From the NCBI GenBank assembly GCA_043228905.1, contig JBHGNT010000009.1, positions 15,996,001-16,060,000 on the forward strand: 64,000 bases of DNA, written 5' to 3'. Below, piece by piece: positions 23,801 to 37,600 of this stretch. The notes under the pieces are model-generated. The model was given only the letters and a program-made list of their open reading frames with translations. It searched no databases and had not been told where the DNA came from. A program made the position numbers and the translations under genes. Source of the DNA: Azolla caroliniana (lineage: Eukaryota > Plantae > Polypodiophyta). Positions within the stretch are counted from its first letter, which is position 1. The number at the start of each line of letters is the position of its first letter.

Positions 23801-25230
23801 TTACTCGGTGGGAAAGATGACGTCTGTTCGGACAATCCTTGTTATCGCAGTTGCAAAAGGGTGGCACCTCCACCAAATGGATGTAAAGGACGCCTTCCTC
23901 CAAGGCGAATTAGAAGAGGAGGTTTTCATGGTTCAACCACCTGGTTTCGAATCGACCAAACACCCGACAACAGTCTGCCGACTCAAGAAGCCGCTATATG
24001 CAGTCAATCAACCACCATGTGCTTGGCATTCGAAGATCACCTAATATCTTCACCAAACCGGCTTCCGAATGTCAAAATTCGATAACTCCCTGTACATAAA
24101 AAATGAGTCGGACAACTCAATTATCATCATCTTGTATGTGGATGATTTGGTCATCGAAGGAAAGAATGTAGCCGACATCAATAAGGTCAAATTGCTTTTA
24201 TTCAGCAAATTCAAAGTGAAAGACATGCACGAGCTCCATTACTTCCTCGGTATCGAAGTAATTCAGACACCAATTGGGATATTGATCTCTCAACAACACT
24301 ACATTCTCAACCTGCTCTACAAGTTCAGGATGACTGAGTGCAAACCTGTGTCTACCCCTCTCGTTCGAAATCTCAAGCTCGATGCTGACTCTGGCACTAC
24401 AGAGTGTGAGCTGACTCGGTACCATCAATTGATAGAGGCAACTTAATCTACCTTACCATTACACGATCCGATCTCAGCTATACGATCGGTCTACTTAACT
24501 AATTCATGCAGAAACCTCAAGATATACATCTCGATTGTGCTAAGAGAGTACTCAGGCGATCGTGGGACGATGGCTTACGACATCGTGTATAAGTCGGAAT
24601 ACGATCATTCGGCTTGAATGGTACACATATGCAAATTGGGCCTGCTATAAGGCCGATAAAGTATCGACGTCCGGATTCGTCTTCTCCATCGGCAACAAAG
24701 CGATCTCCTAGAGCAGCAAAAAACATCTAACAGTAGCACAGAGGCTGGAAACAGGGGCACGACCGTCGTTGCATGCAAAGTTGTTTGGTTGAAGCGTATA
24801 TTGAAGGATTTGGGTGTTCCCATCAAGGATCTGATTCTCCTATATTGTGACAACATGAGCAGTATCTACCTGGCTCGAAACCTGGTCTTCCACACACGAA
24901 CTAAGCACATTGAAGTACACTATCACTTCATTCGAGAGTGTGTTCAGGCTGGCAATGTCGATCTACAACACACCAACACGAAACTTTAGGTTGTTGACAT
25001 CTTCACTAAGGCCTTAGAAGTCGACAAGCTTAGGAGATTTACATCGGACATTGGTCTCACAATAACCGCATTATCGAGTTTGAGGGGGAGTACAATAGCA
25101 ATCGAATAACAACAGATGAAGCCAAACAGGAGTCGATCAATCGATCGAAGCCGACCAGAGGAGTCGTAGTATGATGATAACAATCGAGCCGAACAAGGCA
25201 TTAATGCGTTAATGATTTTTTTATTACAAG
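19182..25230 (+). mobile_element. Decayed Ty1/copia retrotransposon
   Basis: PBS TGGCATCAGAGC 20880-20891 after TTACA. Gag (EKLDRTNF, zinc knuckle), protease, integrase (VHLDVWGP, FIDDFSR), RT (HQMDVK, YVDDLVI), RNase H (YCDNMS, HTRTKHIEVHYHF). PPT TTGAGGGGGAG at about 25080-25091. Many stops and frameshifts; LTR limits uncertain. Confidence 0.9.
19395..20729 (-). mobile_element. 5'-truncated L1-type LINE (ORF2 C-terminus, zf-RVT)
   Basis: The ORF to stop 19534 has KVFVWRVMIGALP..CFFCSVELEHSRHRFISC (zf-RVT). The 3' tail is (AAG)n. Both flanks are AAG(CT)n. Confidence 0.85.
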
Positions 25231-27973
25231 TGTAGACATTCAAATGACAAAGTGAATGTCATTGGCAAACATGGAAATTGGAAAAGAATTTTAATAAACA
25301 AGCTCTAGGAGAGTTATGCATGTGATATGGCTTATCGTTTGGAGTGAAGGCTTGCGGATAAATGTTTATATAGAAGACACGACACATTTAAAAGAAGAAT
25401 ACGAATAAGAATGAAGAAAAATAATAGCTACATGTGTTAAGAAAAAGCAACAACAATGGAGAGAAAACTCAACAATAATACTAATAACTCTTGTTACGTT
25501 GAGGGATGAGCATGCCATCACACATATGTTTGGAGGTTGGACAAGGTCACGACAAGGCGATGGAGTAGTGGTATCGTTATCTATCGAAGGAAAGTTCTAA
25601 TTGGGTGTTCTTGGTCTCATTGTATTCCATTTGAAAAGGTTTATCAATACAAGGTTCTAACTTGCTTCTCTTGTAATAACTCTTGTTGATAAAAATTAAT
25701 CTTCTTACTGTTTGATTTTGGGTGTCAAACCAATGCAAGTACTATTTTGCCCTTTGCACTCTCACAGTTAGAATGGGTCTTCTTTCCCTTTTTACCTCTC
25801 CCCCTTCGCCTCATAATGAGGCACTCTCAATTCCCTATGTGGGTAGATATAAGCACATGTTGCCGCAAACTTGAAATCCATGGTTCTCTTAATCTCATCC
25901 CTCATCGTCCCTTCTTTCCATCACAAAAATATGACCCCTGAGTGGGAACACATTCTTGATAGGCGTCATTGGTTTAAGAACGTTGTTGCAAAATAATGCC
26001 CATGCGTGTGAAACATGAGCGGAACCACTGGGGACTTGAACCAAAGCGGATGGGAATGTCAAGAGTACTTGTAGTAATTGAATTCCACACTCGGTTTAAT
26101 TTGGGAAATTAGAATCACCTTGCTTTTTGTATTTTTGAACAGATGAAGTCTCTCGCATACATAAGTGCACAAAGTGTGCACATAGTATATGTATTATATA
26201 TCAAATTGTTAGTATGTTTGCATTTTTCATGTGTAAGTAAATGATTGGAAACATGTGTGTGTGTGTGGGCACATTTGAATTTCCATATGTGCATTCATGT
26301 GCACACTTGGACGCGTTGTGTAGGATGGTATGTTTATAAGTGTGAATATAGATACATGCTTATGTTAACGCATGGGTTTTTATGTTGGCTTTCTTTAATT
26401 TCTAAAGTGAGGTAAAAGATAATGTATATAGGCTTAAGTATATATTGCGAAGTGTATAGGAAGGGTATATACTACGTATGAATGATAGAATGTTTACATG
26501 TAGATTTGTAATATGTATGCAATTTGGTTATGTGTATGACACGTACACATATTATTTGTATATGTTTGATTCTTTAAGGCCATGTGTGAATGCATAAATA
26601 TAGTTGACATAATAATATGCGAGGGGGAGTAAAAGTGTGTGTTTTTTTCAAGTGTCAAATGCTAATGTTGGCATGGACAACTAATTGTTTACATTGACAA
26701 ATTTGTGTGCTAAAATAAGTTTATGGGAAATGTGTTGGTAGGTAGAGGTCCCACCAACAAAAAGTCTTATTCCCATTGTCCTCGCTGCTTTATCGTGTAT
26801 TCCAGAACCACCTTGTTCTTAGGGGAGAATGAAGGGAAGGGAAATAGAAAATAATAATAATAAAAGTAAATGAAAAAAGGGAGACGACAACGGAGTTGGT
26901 GATGGAAGGTGGCAACCAACAATAGGGTTGGAGCCGAGTTGGACTCTAGCCTTTGAGGGTTTAGAGGGAGGGTTACTTCCGTAATTTGATTGAAGTGGGA
27001 GCCTTCGACTCCAAGCTACCCTCTTTGGTCGAAGGCTACCCACAAGCCTACTTAAATTGAGACGCAACTCACAAAATGATCATGTGAAGCTGAGCAAGAA
27101 GGAGAGAGGATAAACTATGGAACCGGGCTTTTTACAAAATCACAACAATAATAAGAAAGAATAAAAGAAAAACAAAAGATTAGTCCTTATGGTGGCTCCT
27201 TGAGATTGATTAGGGGAAAACCTCATGTTTATATATTGTTTGAAGTTAAGAATATCTAATACATTTTACCTCAATTTATGTGTCATGACTCAGTAATTTT
27301 TTTTCTGAGACTTCAATTTTGGGCTCACATTTTATTGCGTTGGAGTCTCACATTCCTCGGTGGCCATATCACAAACCCATGAACTTATTTAAAGCAAACT
27401 ACGCATACTTGATGAAGTATTATTGTTTGTGCCTAAATTTCATGTCTCATATGGAAAAGGATGCAAACTAAGTCATGTAGAAGCAATAGTATGAATGATA
27501 AATCATGGGATGGATTAACTATAGCATGTACATGCGAGTGTAGTTTGCTTGTTTGGAGAAGATGACGATGGTTTTGGTAGTCAAAATACAATGTGTATAA
27601 TATAATGCGCAAAGCATGAGTCTCCACATCTCTCCTAAGTCATGATACATTAACATTGCAAAATATAGACTCGCTCACAAGGGAATCTATTCAAGCATCA
27701 TATAGAAAGTGAAGGGTGTCTCATCTTGCGACTTATTTCCATCATAAAATCGGGATATCTATTGTGAATAGCTCGAGAACTTGAACTTCAAATCGTTTTC
27801 GAATTTTTCTTGTTTCATCTTAGTTCATGACCCCATTGCAGTTCAACGAGGTTGATGCAGGGTTTTTTTTTTTTTCGGTTAGTGCTTTCTGAGCGTGAAG
27901 CATGTACTCTCTCGACACAGACATCATATCCATGTAGAGGGTTTTGACGGGAAGAAGTTTGTATCTTGTCCTG

Positions 27974-27999
27974 AACCCTAAACCCTAAACCCTAAACCC
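27974..27999. promoter_or_regulatory. Telo-box array (AAACCCT)x3 upstream of SPATA20
   Basis: AACCCTAAACCCTAAACCCTAAACCC about 250 bp upstream of ATG 28247. Confidence 0.7.
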
Positions 28000-28188
28000 C
28001 AAAAGAGTTCCCAGGCCAAAAAGGTGCATGAATGGGAAAGGTCACTGACAGTTAACTAACTGGAATGGAATGGAATGGAATGCAATGCAATGAAATTGTT
28101 GCATTGCATGCCTTCCATTGCTCCTCCCAAAGAATTCAATTATTCTTTCCCTTTTCCCTTCCATTTTTACTATTATTTCCATTTCTGG

Positions 28189-28229
<41 letters not shown>

Positions 28230-28246
28230 CCTCACTCTTCTCTGCG

Positions 28247-28572
28247 ATGCTGTTAGGGTTTCGTTCGGCTTCGCCATCCCCATTCCCATCGCCGTTTCAC
28301 TTCTTCTCTGCGATATCGAAGCTTCGAAGATTCAATCCGAAGCTTCTCTCACCTGTTTCTTCGTCTTCGTCTTCTTCTTCTTCGCTTCCTTTTGCTTCTC
28401 ATCTGATTCGCTGTATCGCAAGTGGAAGGTCCGCCATGGAAACTTCAGACGAAGGTCGAGGAAAAGGACAAGAGGATCAGCGATCCTTCACCAACAGGCT
28501 TGCCAAAGAACATAGTCCATACCTTCTCCAACATGCTCACAATCCGGTATTATATCTCTCCGTATCTCTATG

Positions 28573-28610
<38 letters not shown>

Positions 28611-31600
28611 GCGTTTCTTTTTCTGTTTATTCTTTTGTCTTGCCTCTATTATTCTTGATTTGTATGTGTCAATTGTATACAAAGCGTGTGATTCAGCCTT
28701 GAATTGTGTGCCATTTTTATCAATCCTTCTTATGAACTCATGTATGATACCTGTATAGAAAACTAATGATCGATCTCAATTCACTGAGAAGAACTCAGTC
28801 AATCCAAAAAATTGAGCTTTAATAGAATCATAATAATAATTATTTATAGAAGAAGTCTGAATTTGGTATCATTTGTACTTTCAATGTGTAGAAATCACCA
28901 TCAAAATTTGGAAATTAAATACAAATGCCTCTAATAAAGTATGATATGTTTTCAAAACAAAACCTGTTTGTGGACCCAGAGTTAATATAATTTGCGATCC
29001 CGAATGATTTGGTCATAAATATTTCCAGCAAAATTTTATTAAATAGAACTATTATTTCGAAAACACTGGCAAAAGTCAGAATCATGATGCTGACGTGGGT
29101 TTGGTTTTGATAATTACTTAAAAAGAGTGCAATTTATATCAAAACTTGACCATGATGCGAAATTACTCCAGAACAATCTTAACTTCAAGGAATGAATCAG
29201 GAATCAGGATACAGAATATGCTTTAAGAAGAGTCGACTTGTCCAAAACAAAGGGCAGAATATGGATAATGGACGAGCAAGATGTAGGGCCAGGATGCAAG
29301 ATTCAGGAAGAACTTACAAACTCAAGGAAGAGTTTCTGAAATCTATAAGCCCTGGAATCTCACTGGACTCACATCACACAGGTGTCAGGGTTTCCCAAGT
29401 TGGCAATTTAGAACATTTCAAATGTTCAGTAATGGAAGCGATGAGCTACTTAAAAGACACCTTTGGGAGTTGTGCATAGCTTGGTTTACACTCATACTTC
29501 ATAATATAGGAGTGACCTTGTGAGGATACACTAGATTCATGTGGTTATGTAAACCTTATCCACCATTGGAGGAGATTCTTGTTATGCTTTTGTTATCCCA
29601 TCTTGAATCTGCCCATGTCGAAGGCTGAAGTTTCTGCTCATCTAAGCTCATGATGCTATGTGATGATATATACACTAGCTTGTTGGAGGTCGTGGCTAGC
29701 ATGATTGGAGTAAAACAAGGATGCCCACTATCTCCCACTGGCTTTGGTCTTTATGGTGGATACGATATCTCATTACATATAGACAGATAGGATGGTTCAG
29801 GAGCATGCTTAGTAGGGGTAGCCATACTCATACTTTTATTGTTGATGACATTGTGTTGGTGAGATATTGAAGTTGTCTCTGCTTCAAAATAGAGTCCTTT
29901 TCGAAGGATATTTAATGTTATGGACAAACCTATATCAACTCGTCAATCTCCTCTCTATCTGATCCTTTTTGTGATCAGAACTGGAATGGGTAACGAGATC
30001 AGAACTGGAATTCTTCTTTGAAGGCGAAAAGGTGACATACACACAATCCTTCACATATCTAGGAGTAACATGCAATCATCTCTTATATAAACCTTTTTCT
30101 TACAATATGCAGAAGAAAGAAGAATGCACTTCTGATCAACATCACCATTGGGTTTCCAACATCCCATTGAATGATCCGAGCTGTAATCTAGTTGAATTGG
30201 GTTTGTCATGATCTTTCTTTGAAGTCCGCATATATCAAAGTGCAGTCTTGACAACATCTTCTAAGGTTTTAGGATCCTTATCATGCATTATCCAATTGTA
30301 GATTTTGTGCTGCTTCAGTTTCTGAAGGTGGTTATTGAAATTGAATCCAGTGCCATCAAATTTACTGAATTCTACCTGAACTTTGGCTAATGTATTTGCC
30401 ATGGTGAAAGAAGGATTACAGAACAGACACGAAAAACAAAACTCCTCCTTATTCAAAGCAGAGACTAAGCAATGGAGATCCTCAGAGGATTCAACCTTTG
30501 CTCTGATAGCAGTTGTAAGGAAGTAGAAGATAGTGGGCAAAACAAAAGCCTACTACTTAAAAAAAGAATATACAAGATAGAGCGAAACTCCTCCTTATTC
30601 AAAGCAGAGACGAAGCAATGGAGATCCTCAGAGGATTCAACCATTGCTCTGATAGCAGTTGTAAGGAAGTAGAAGATAGTGGGCAAAACAAAAGCCTACT
30701 ACTTAAAAAAAGAATATACAAGATAGAGCGCACACACACACACACACGCCCACACAAACCCGCAAAAACAATGATGAGGTTTAACACATAGGAGGGATTA
30801 AAGAAATAGAAGCAGTTCTGCAAAACAAAAGCCAACTACTTAAAAAAAGAATATACAAAGAATATACAAGATAGGGGTGAACACACACATATGTGCTATC
30901 CAAGATACATAAGACCATGCTCTTAGAAGAAGAGCTTTAAATACGGATGTGAGCTAAATTATGGCCTCATAAATAGCTATTTAATGCTGAGTGGAATCTT
31001 GTACAAGGATCCCATTCAAACTACAAAAAATATTCTTTTAGAAGTTGTAGTACTGCTCTGAAAACGAGACTGTACAACTTTTACAAGAATTAGAATATAT
31101 TAAATAATATAAACTCGTTTTCTAGTTTAGTTAGAGAAACCTAAAGAGCCTTTAATCCCAACAATTTCCCACTTAAAGGAGCTAGGTTACTCCACTAGAC
31201 AAATCCCACTCGCTCAAGATTGTGTTGGTGAAGTGTCTTTGATAAACACTTTGTTAAACAATCTGCTAGATTCACGATGGTATCAATATTTACCAATTGG
31301 ATTTTGCGATCCTCTATCACCTCTCTAATGAAGTGATAGAGAATATCAATATGTTTGGTCCTTGCGTGGTAAACAAGGTTCTTTGCCAAACATATGGCAC
31401 TTTGGTTATCACAATGGATTGGAATTGGCTTTGGGAGTCCAAGCTCACTACACAAGAGAGTTAACCAAATGGCCTCCTTTGAAGCCTTTGTTGCTGTGAT
31501 ATACTCAGCTTCTTTAGTAGAGAGTGCAATGATTCGTTGTAGCCTTGAACACCACGAAATGGCTCCCCCTGCAAGAGTATAGATGTAGCCATAAGTAGTT

Positions 31601-34600
31601 TTTCTTGTGTCTACATCTCTAGCCATATCAGAATCACAATAGCCATGACTCGTCCCCTTTGCCATAACGCCATAACAAGTTCTTTTCCCCTTAGTGCCTT
31701 TGAGATATCGAAGGATAGACTTGACAACAGCCCAATGGCTTCGTCCAGGGTGACTCATAAATCTGCTTACTACTCCTACAACATATGCAGCAAGATCAGG
31801 TCGTGTTGATACCATTCCATACATCAATGATTTACAACCTGAAGCATATGGGATACCTTGCATTTATTCTGTTTCCTCGTTGTCTTTGGGATAATGGGCC
31901 TTTGAAAGCCTTTCTTGTGATTGAAGAGTCACTGAAGTTGGCTTTGCATCAATCATCTGGAGTCTTTCCAATACCTTCTGAATGTACTTCTCTTGAGACA
32001 CATATAGTAACTTTGTTTGCATGTCCGGTCTGATTCTTATCCCAAGAATGTGCTCATTGTTTCCTAGATCTTTCATAGAAAATGTATATTTGAGTTAGCA
32101 TTTTAATTCCTGCAAATTTTTTGTCATGCTTTCCTCCAATGAGCATGTCATCAACATACAAAACGAAAATAATAGGACCGCCATTAGTTTCCTTTTTTCA
32201 TATAAAGAGAAGTATCTGCTGTACTTTGATTGAAGCCATTTGAGAGCATGAAAGAATCAAATTTCTTATACCAAAGATGTGGGGCTTGTTTCAGCCCATA
32301 GAGGTTGTGTCGAAGTTTACAAACTAAATGCTCATTTCTTGGAATCAGGAATCCTTCAGGCAGCAACATATAAAGTTCCTCATCTAGGCTACCTTGAAGG
32401 AAAGCCATCTTTACATCCATTTGATACAGCTCCAAATCCAGGTTGGCTGAAATAGCAAAAAGTGTTCTAAGTGTAGTCATTTTGACTACTGGAGCAAAAA
32501 CCTCCTGAAAATCAATTCCTTGTATTTGTATGTACCCACTTGATTTGTTTGATGAAGACTTAAAACCCACTAAATGAGCCTTATAATTGGGTTTACCTTC
32601 TAGTGTCTTTACCTTGTACACAATCTTGTTGGGTATAGCCTTTTTACCTTTGGGTAGCTCCACAAGCTCCTACGTGTTATTCTCAAGGAGTGCTTTGATC
32701 TCCTCTTGCATAGCGAGCTCCCACTTGTTAGAATGCTCACATGTCCTAGCCTCTTTAAGAATGACAGGTTTCCCTTCATCTGTTACAAGAATTTGATGAA
32801 GAGATGGATCATACCTTTGGGTTGGATGCTGCAGCCGTGTTGATCTCCTAACCCAGTGATCTACATTATTTGGAACTGGTTCCAAATCTAATGGAATATC
32901 TTCTTGCTGTAGTTCAACAGTTATTTCTTCATTTGTAGGTGGTTGTATTTGATCTTCATCTTCAGGGTTTAAAATTTCTTTGTTTCTCTGTCCATCTTCT
33001 CTGGCAATAGAACTGGTTTATAGATCTCTATTTGTTCATCATCACCGTGAGATGTTATTCTTGAGCCAACGGTGGCTGTTGCTGAAATTTCACTCTTTTT
33101 GTTGATTCTAATGAAGTACAATTGCTTTTGGGGAAATTTACTTCATTGAATACAACATCACTACTTGTGATTACCTTTCAAAGATAGAGGTAACCAAATT
33201 CGGTATCCCATTTCACCTTTCGCACTGTATCCTAGAAAGATGCCTTTGATGGATTTTGCATCCATCTTGTTTCTTAGCTCTTGTCTAACGTGCACGAAAG
33301 CTTCACATCCGAACATGCGCAGATGATCATATGAGGCTGATTTGCCAAATCAAATCTCCTCCGGTATGCCACCTATGAGCGAATTGTGTGGGGATCGATT
33401 AATAATATGCAGTGCAGTTTGTAAATCCTCTCCCCAAAATGCATTAGAGAGATTGGATGTGGATAGCATACATTGAACCCTTTCACATAGTGTCCTATTG
33501 TATCGTTCGACCATTCCATTAGATGCTGAATTGTATGGAGCTGTAAGCTCTCACTTGATTCCATTTTCTGCACGAAAATCTGTAAATCGATTGTTGATAT
33601 ATTCTTCTCCGTTGTCTGTCCTGAAATATTTCAGTTTCAACCCTGTTTGAGTAGTGATAAAAGCATGAAAGTTTCTGAAAATAGCGAACACTTTAGTCTT
33701 ATCCTTTAACAAATATGCCCAACAGTTTCTAGAGTAATCATCAATGAAAGTTACGAACTGTAAGGAACCTCCTAAGGATTTAGTAGGCATAGTACATAAA
33801 TCAGAGTGTATGAGCAGGTAGGCCCCGGCCCCATGGACCACAATTGCAACACCCTTGTCTTCGATAAGTAAAGATCATTATCTCCCGCCATTGCAAAAAT
33901 CAATCTTATTACCTTTGGTCATCAGCTTTTGAGAAGAGAGTAGAATGTCCAAGCCCTTTTGGCTCATATGACCTAATATTTTGTGCCACAATCGACTCCA
34001 TTTTCTGCATCCGCAACTGCAATAAATTGACCAAGAAGAGTTCAACCTGAGAGGCAATACAATGTACCCCTCTTGCATCCTCAAGCAATTAGTCTTGCTC
34101 CACATGCAATCTTCCAAGCTCCACTTGTGAAGTTTGTACAATAGCCTTGTGTGCCAAGCAGTCCCACAGACAACAAGCTCTTCTAAATCTCTTGGAACAT
34201 ACCGAATTTGGTTTAGTCTTACCTCTTGACCATTCTCCATGGCCACTCGAACAACACCAAGTCCTTCGATGTTGCAGGCATGGTTATTGCCAAGGTAAAC
34301 CTTGCCAAAGTTGCCTGCAGTAAATGAAAGAAAGCACTCCTTAGAAGGAGTGAAAAGAGGTACTAGAATCAATTATCTAAGTTTGCATGACATCATCTTA
34401 TACAAGTAACAATGCATTTACTATAGCTGTATCAGTAATTTTGATATCTTTTCTGATGTATCTTTTTTATTCTTCCTTCTTTCAAGCTCTTGTTTATAAA
34501 ATCTACAATCAGGCTTTTTATGCCCTTTACGGACACACTGAAAGCAAGTGATTTCTTTCCCCTTGGTTTTGCTTCTGGACCTTTGCATTGACACATTCTT

Positions 34601-37600
34601 TGTTACAGCTCTCCCTGTTGTTATGTTGGCAAAACTAGAAGACTTCCTACTTGTTTTTCGACGAATTTCTTCATTGAGGATTGCTCCTCTAACTCCATCA
34701 AATGTAAGGCTTGCGCTATTTGAGAGTGAGACTACAAGCACCTCCCATGTTTCAGGCAACGTCATGAGTAAAACTATAGCCTTCATTTTGTTGTTGAAGA
34801 TTTGCAATCCTACATCTTGAAGTTTAGGGTTTAGGGTTTAGGGTTTAGGGTTTCAAGATGTGTTCAGCGGCAATGTGTTCAGCGGCAAACTTTGCATCTT
34901 CAAGTCATGCAACAATGAGCCTTCTCATTAGGTGAACTTGATTCACTTTAGTGGTTGACTCGTACATAGTCTTCAGTTTGCACCATACCTCATGAGCACT
35001 AGTCAGCCCCTTGATATTTCCTAAAACTTATTAATGTGGGCAAACTGCCGTACAATTGAGCAGTTTCCAAGTCACATCAGCCATACCAGCTGATTTGTTT
35101 TCATCGAATGCTTTTGCACATCCTTGTAAATAAAGTGTGCCTTCCATTCTAACCTTCCATAAGTCGAATCCAGTGCCATCAAATTTCCTGAATTCTTCCT
35201 GAACATTGGCTGATGTATTTGCCATGGTGAAAGAAGGATTACAGAATAGACACAAAAAACGAAACTTCCACTTATTCAAAGTGGAGGCTAAGCAATGGAG
35301 ATCTTGAGAGGATTCAACCCTTGCTCTGATACTAGTTGTAAGGAAGTAGAAGATAGAATGACATTTTTCTGACATATCTAAAGGCAGAGATGTAGAAGCT
35401 AAAAACAATTATGGGGTTTAACACATAGGAGGGATTAAAGAAATAGAAGCAGTTTTGAAAAACAAAAGCTACACACATATGTGCTATCCAAGATACATAG
35501 AATATGCTCTTAGAAGAAGAGCTTTAAATACTGATGTGATAGCTAAGTTATGGCCTCATAAATAGCTATTTAATGCTGAGTGGAATCTTGTACAAGGATC
35601 CCATTTAACTACAAAAAATATTCTTTTAGAAGTTGTAGTACAGCTTTGAAAACGAGACTGTACAACTTTAACAAGAATTGGAATATATTAAATAATATAA
35701 ATTCGTTTTCTAGTTTAGTTAGAGAAACCTAAAGAGCCCTTAATCCCAACATTTTTGTACTATGATTCTTAGGGTGAAGTTCAAAATTAGACTCCAAACG
35801 ACCTGGCCAAATGCAAATTGCTTCCTCGCTTCTTTTATTTGGCCTTGAAATGGCTTTACAACAAATGAAGGTTCACTAGGTTGGTCATCCTTCGTCTCGA
35901 TATCTTTTTGCATATTAGCAGCATGATATTCGAGAATATAATGAGATTTCAGAGTTCCAAAAACTCATATAAAGTCATACTAGAACTCTTATAAAGTCAT
36001 ATTCATCAAGTTTGGCAACTGATGGGAAATTTTTATCAAGCAAAGCGGTGGATGAAGTACTGTGTGGGGTCAACTCCATTTGTGAAGGTCATGCATTTTC
36101 ATCCAAAGTTTGGGCCATGAGTTAACAATTGAGCTCATATTCAAGTAATAATGTCTTGGGTTCAAGCACCACTTGATCCAAAATAGCAAATTGATGCCCA
36201 AAATCAAGGCGCTGGTTTGTAGTTTGACGATTTCTAATGCACCATCACTGTGTGCCTAGTGGTTGATACTAGGTCTATAAGAGAAGGTCTTGGGTTCAAG
36301 CACCACTTCACCCGAGATAGAAGGTTGTAGGCCAGGTGACCCAAAATAGTAGGTCATGATTCAAATGGAAGCATAAGAACATTAATAAAAGGTTAATTAA
36401 GGATTGAAACATTGATTGACGATTTAATAAAAAAACTATTCATAATCAAATAATCGATTAAAAATAAATAAATTGTAGATTAAAGTATTTAAAGATCAAT
36501 TTTTAAAATTGGTCAAAGATAAGTGGTAATTGATGAAAATAATGTATAATCACGTAAAAACAATGTATAATCACGGACTTCTGGGCCACGATCTCGCCAT
36601 CCTTGTCATCGACAAATAAAGGTCATTACATCCTGCCATTGTAGGTGCTTTTGTCACTTTAGAGAGCTCCCCCTATGCTAGATCTTTTGAAGACAAAATG
36701 TACAAAATATTTGACATGAGAATCTTACATGCATCAGTGTCGAGATTGTTTAGTCACATTTTAATTCTAGGTCTATTTACTTTTCAATACAAAAAGTACA
36801 ATATATCTGATGTGAGTATCTTACATGCATCAGTGAAGAGATTCTTTAGTCACGTTTTAATTCTAGGTCTATTTACTTTTATGCTGATTTACGTTTATTT
36901 TGGTTTGTTTTTCTCAAAGACAGGCAACAATTTAAATGTAACCTCTTGTTTGCTTTTCTCAAAGATGTAATCTCTTGTTCTAAGTAGTCATTGCAAAAAT
37001 GCCAATGAGAAGCGAGCTAATCTTTCACTTTGTTGAGCATTTCAAATTGCTATCAACATTGTCTTCTTGCATGCTCTTGAGATCTCACGAATACTAACAA
37101 AGTTTTTGTGACAAATGAGAAAACAACTCAAAATGTTTCCAATTCAATGATAAAGCATTTCCCATTGATCTGGGGGAGGACTTGTCTAAAATTGCTATCA
37201 ACATTGTCCGTATGTCTTGGTGAAATTTATTAAAAACCGGGGACTTGTCACTAAAGTCTGGAAATAGTTTCCGGGACTCTAGTAAAATATTTTACTCTTA
37301 TATTTGGGCTGTTTACCACAATAAACACACATAAATGCTGCAGATATATGAGGGGTTGGAAATTCTAATCAAAATTATGGAAGTGATTGATAGAGAAGTG
37401 CTCCATAACACTATTGTGATAAATTGTGGAAGCCAATTGCAGAATTAATGATCCTGGGAAGTTTGTCTTGCTTCAAAAACTTCTACATGGTCGAAGTTTT
37501 AGTAGCCTGACCAAAAGCTTTCAATAAATTGAAGTTTCCTAAGCCCACATAATTCCGATAATAAATGCAATATCTCGCAGGGAGAGGAAGCCTTGTCCCT

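Noticed and set aside
28061-28095. (TGGAA)n pentamer as a centromeric satellite or heat-shock element
   Set aside because: Only about 6 degenerate units in direct orientation; an ordinary microsatellite.
34823-34850. True telomere or chromosome-fusion site
   Set aside because: Only four units, embedded in a collinear gag sequence that continues on both sides.
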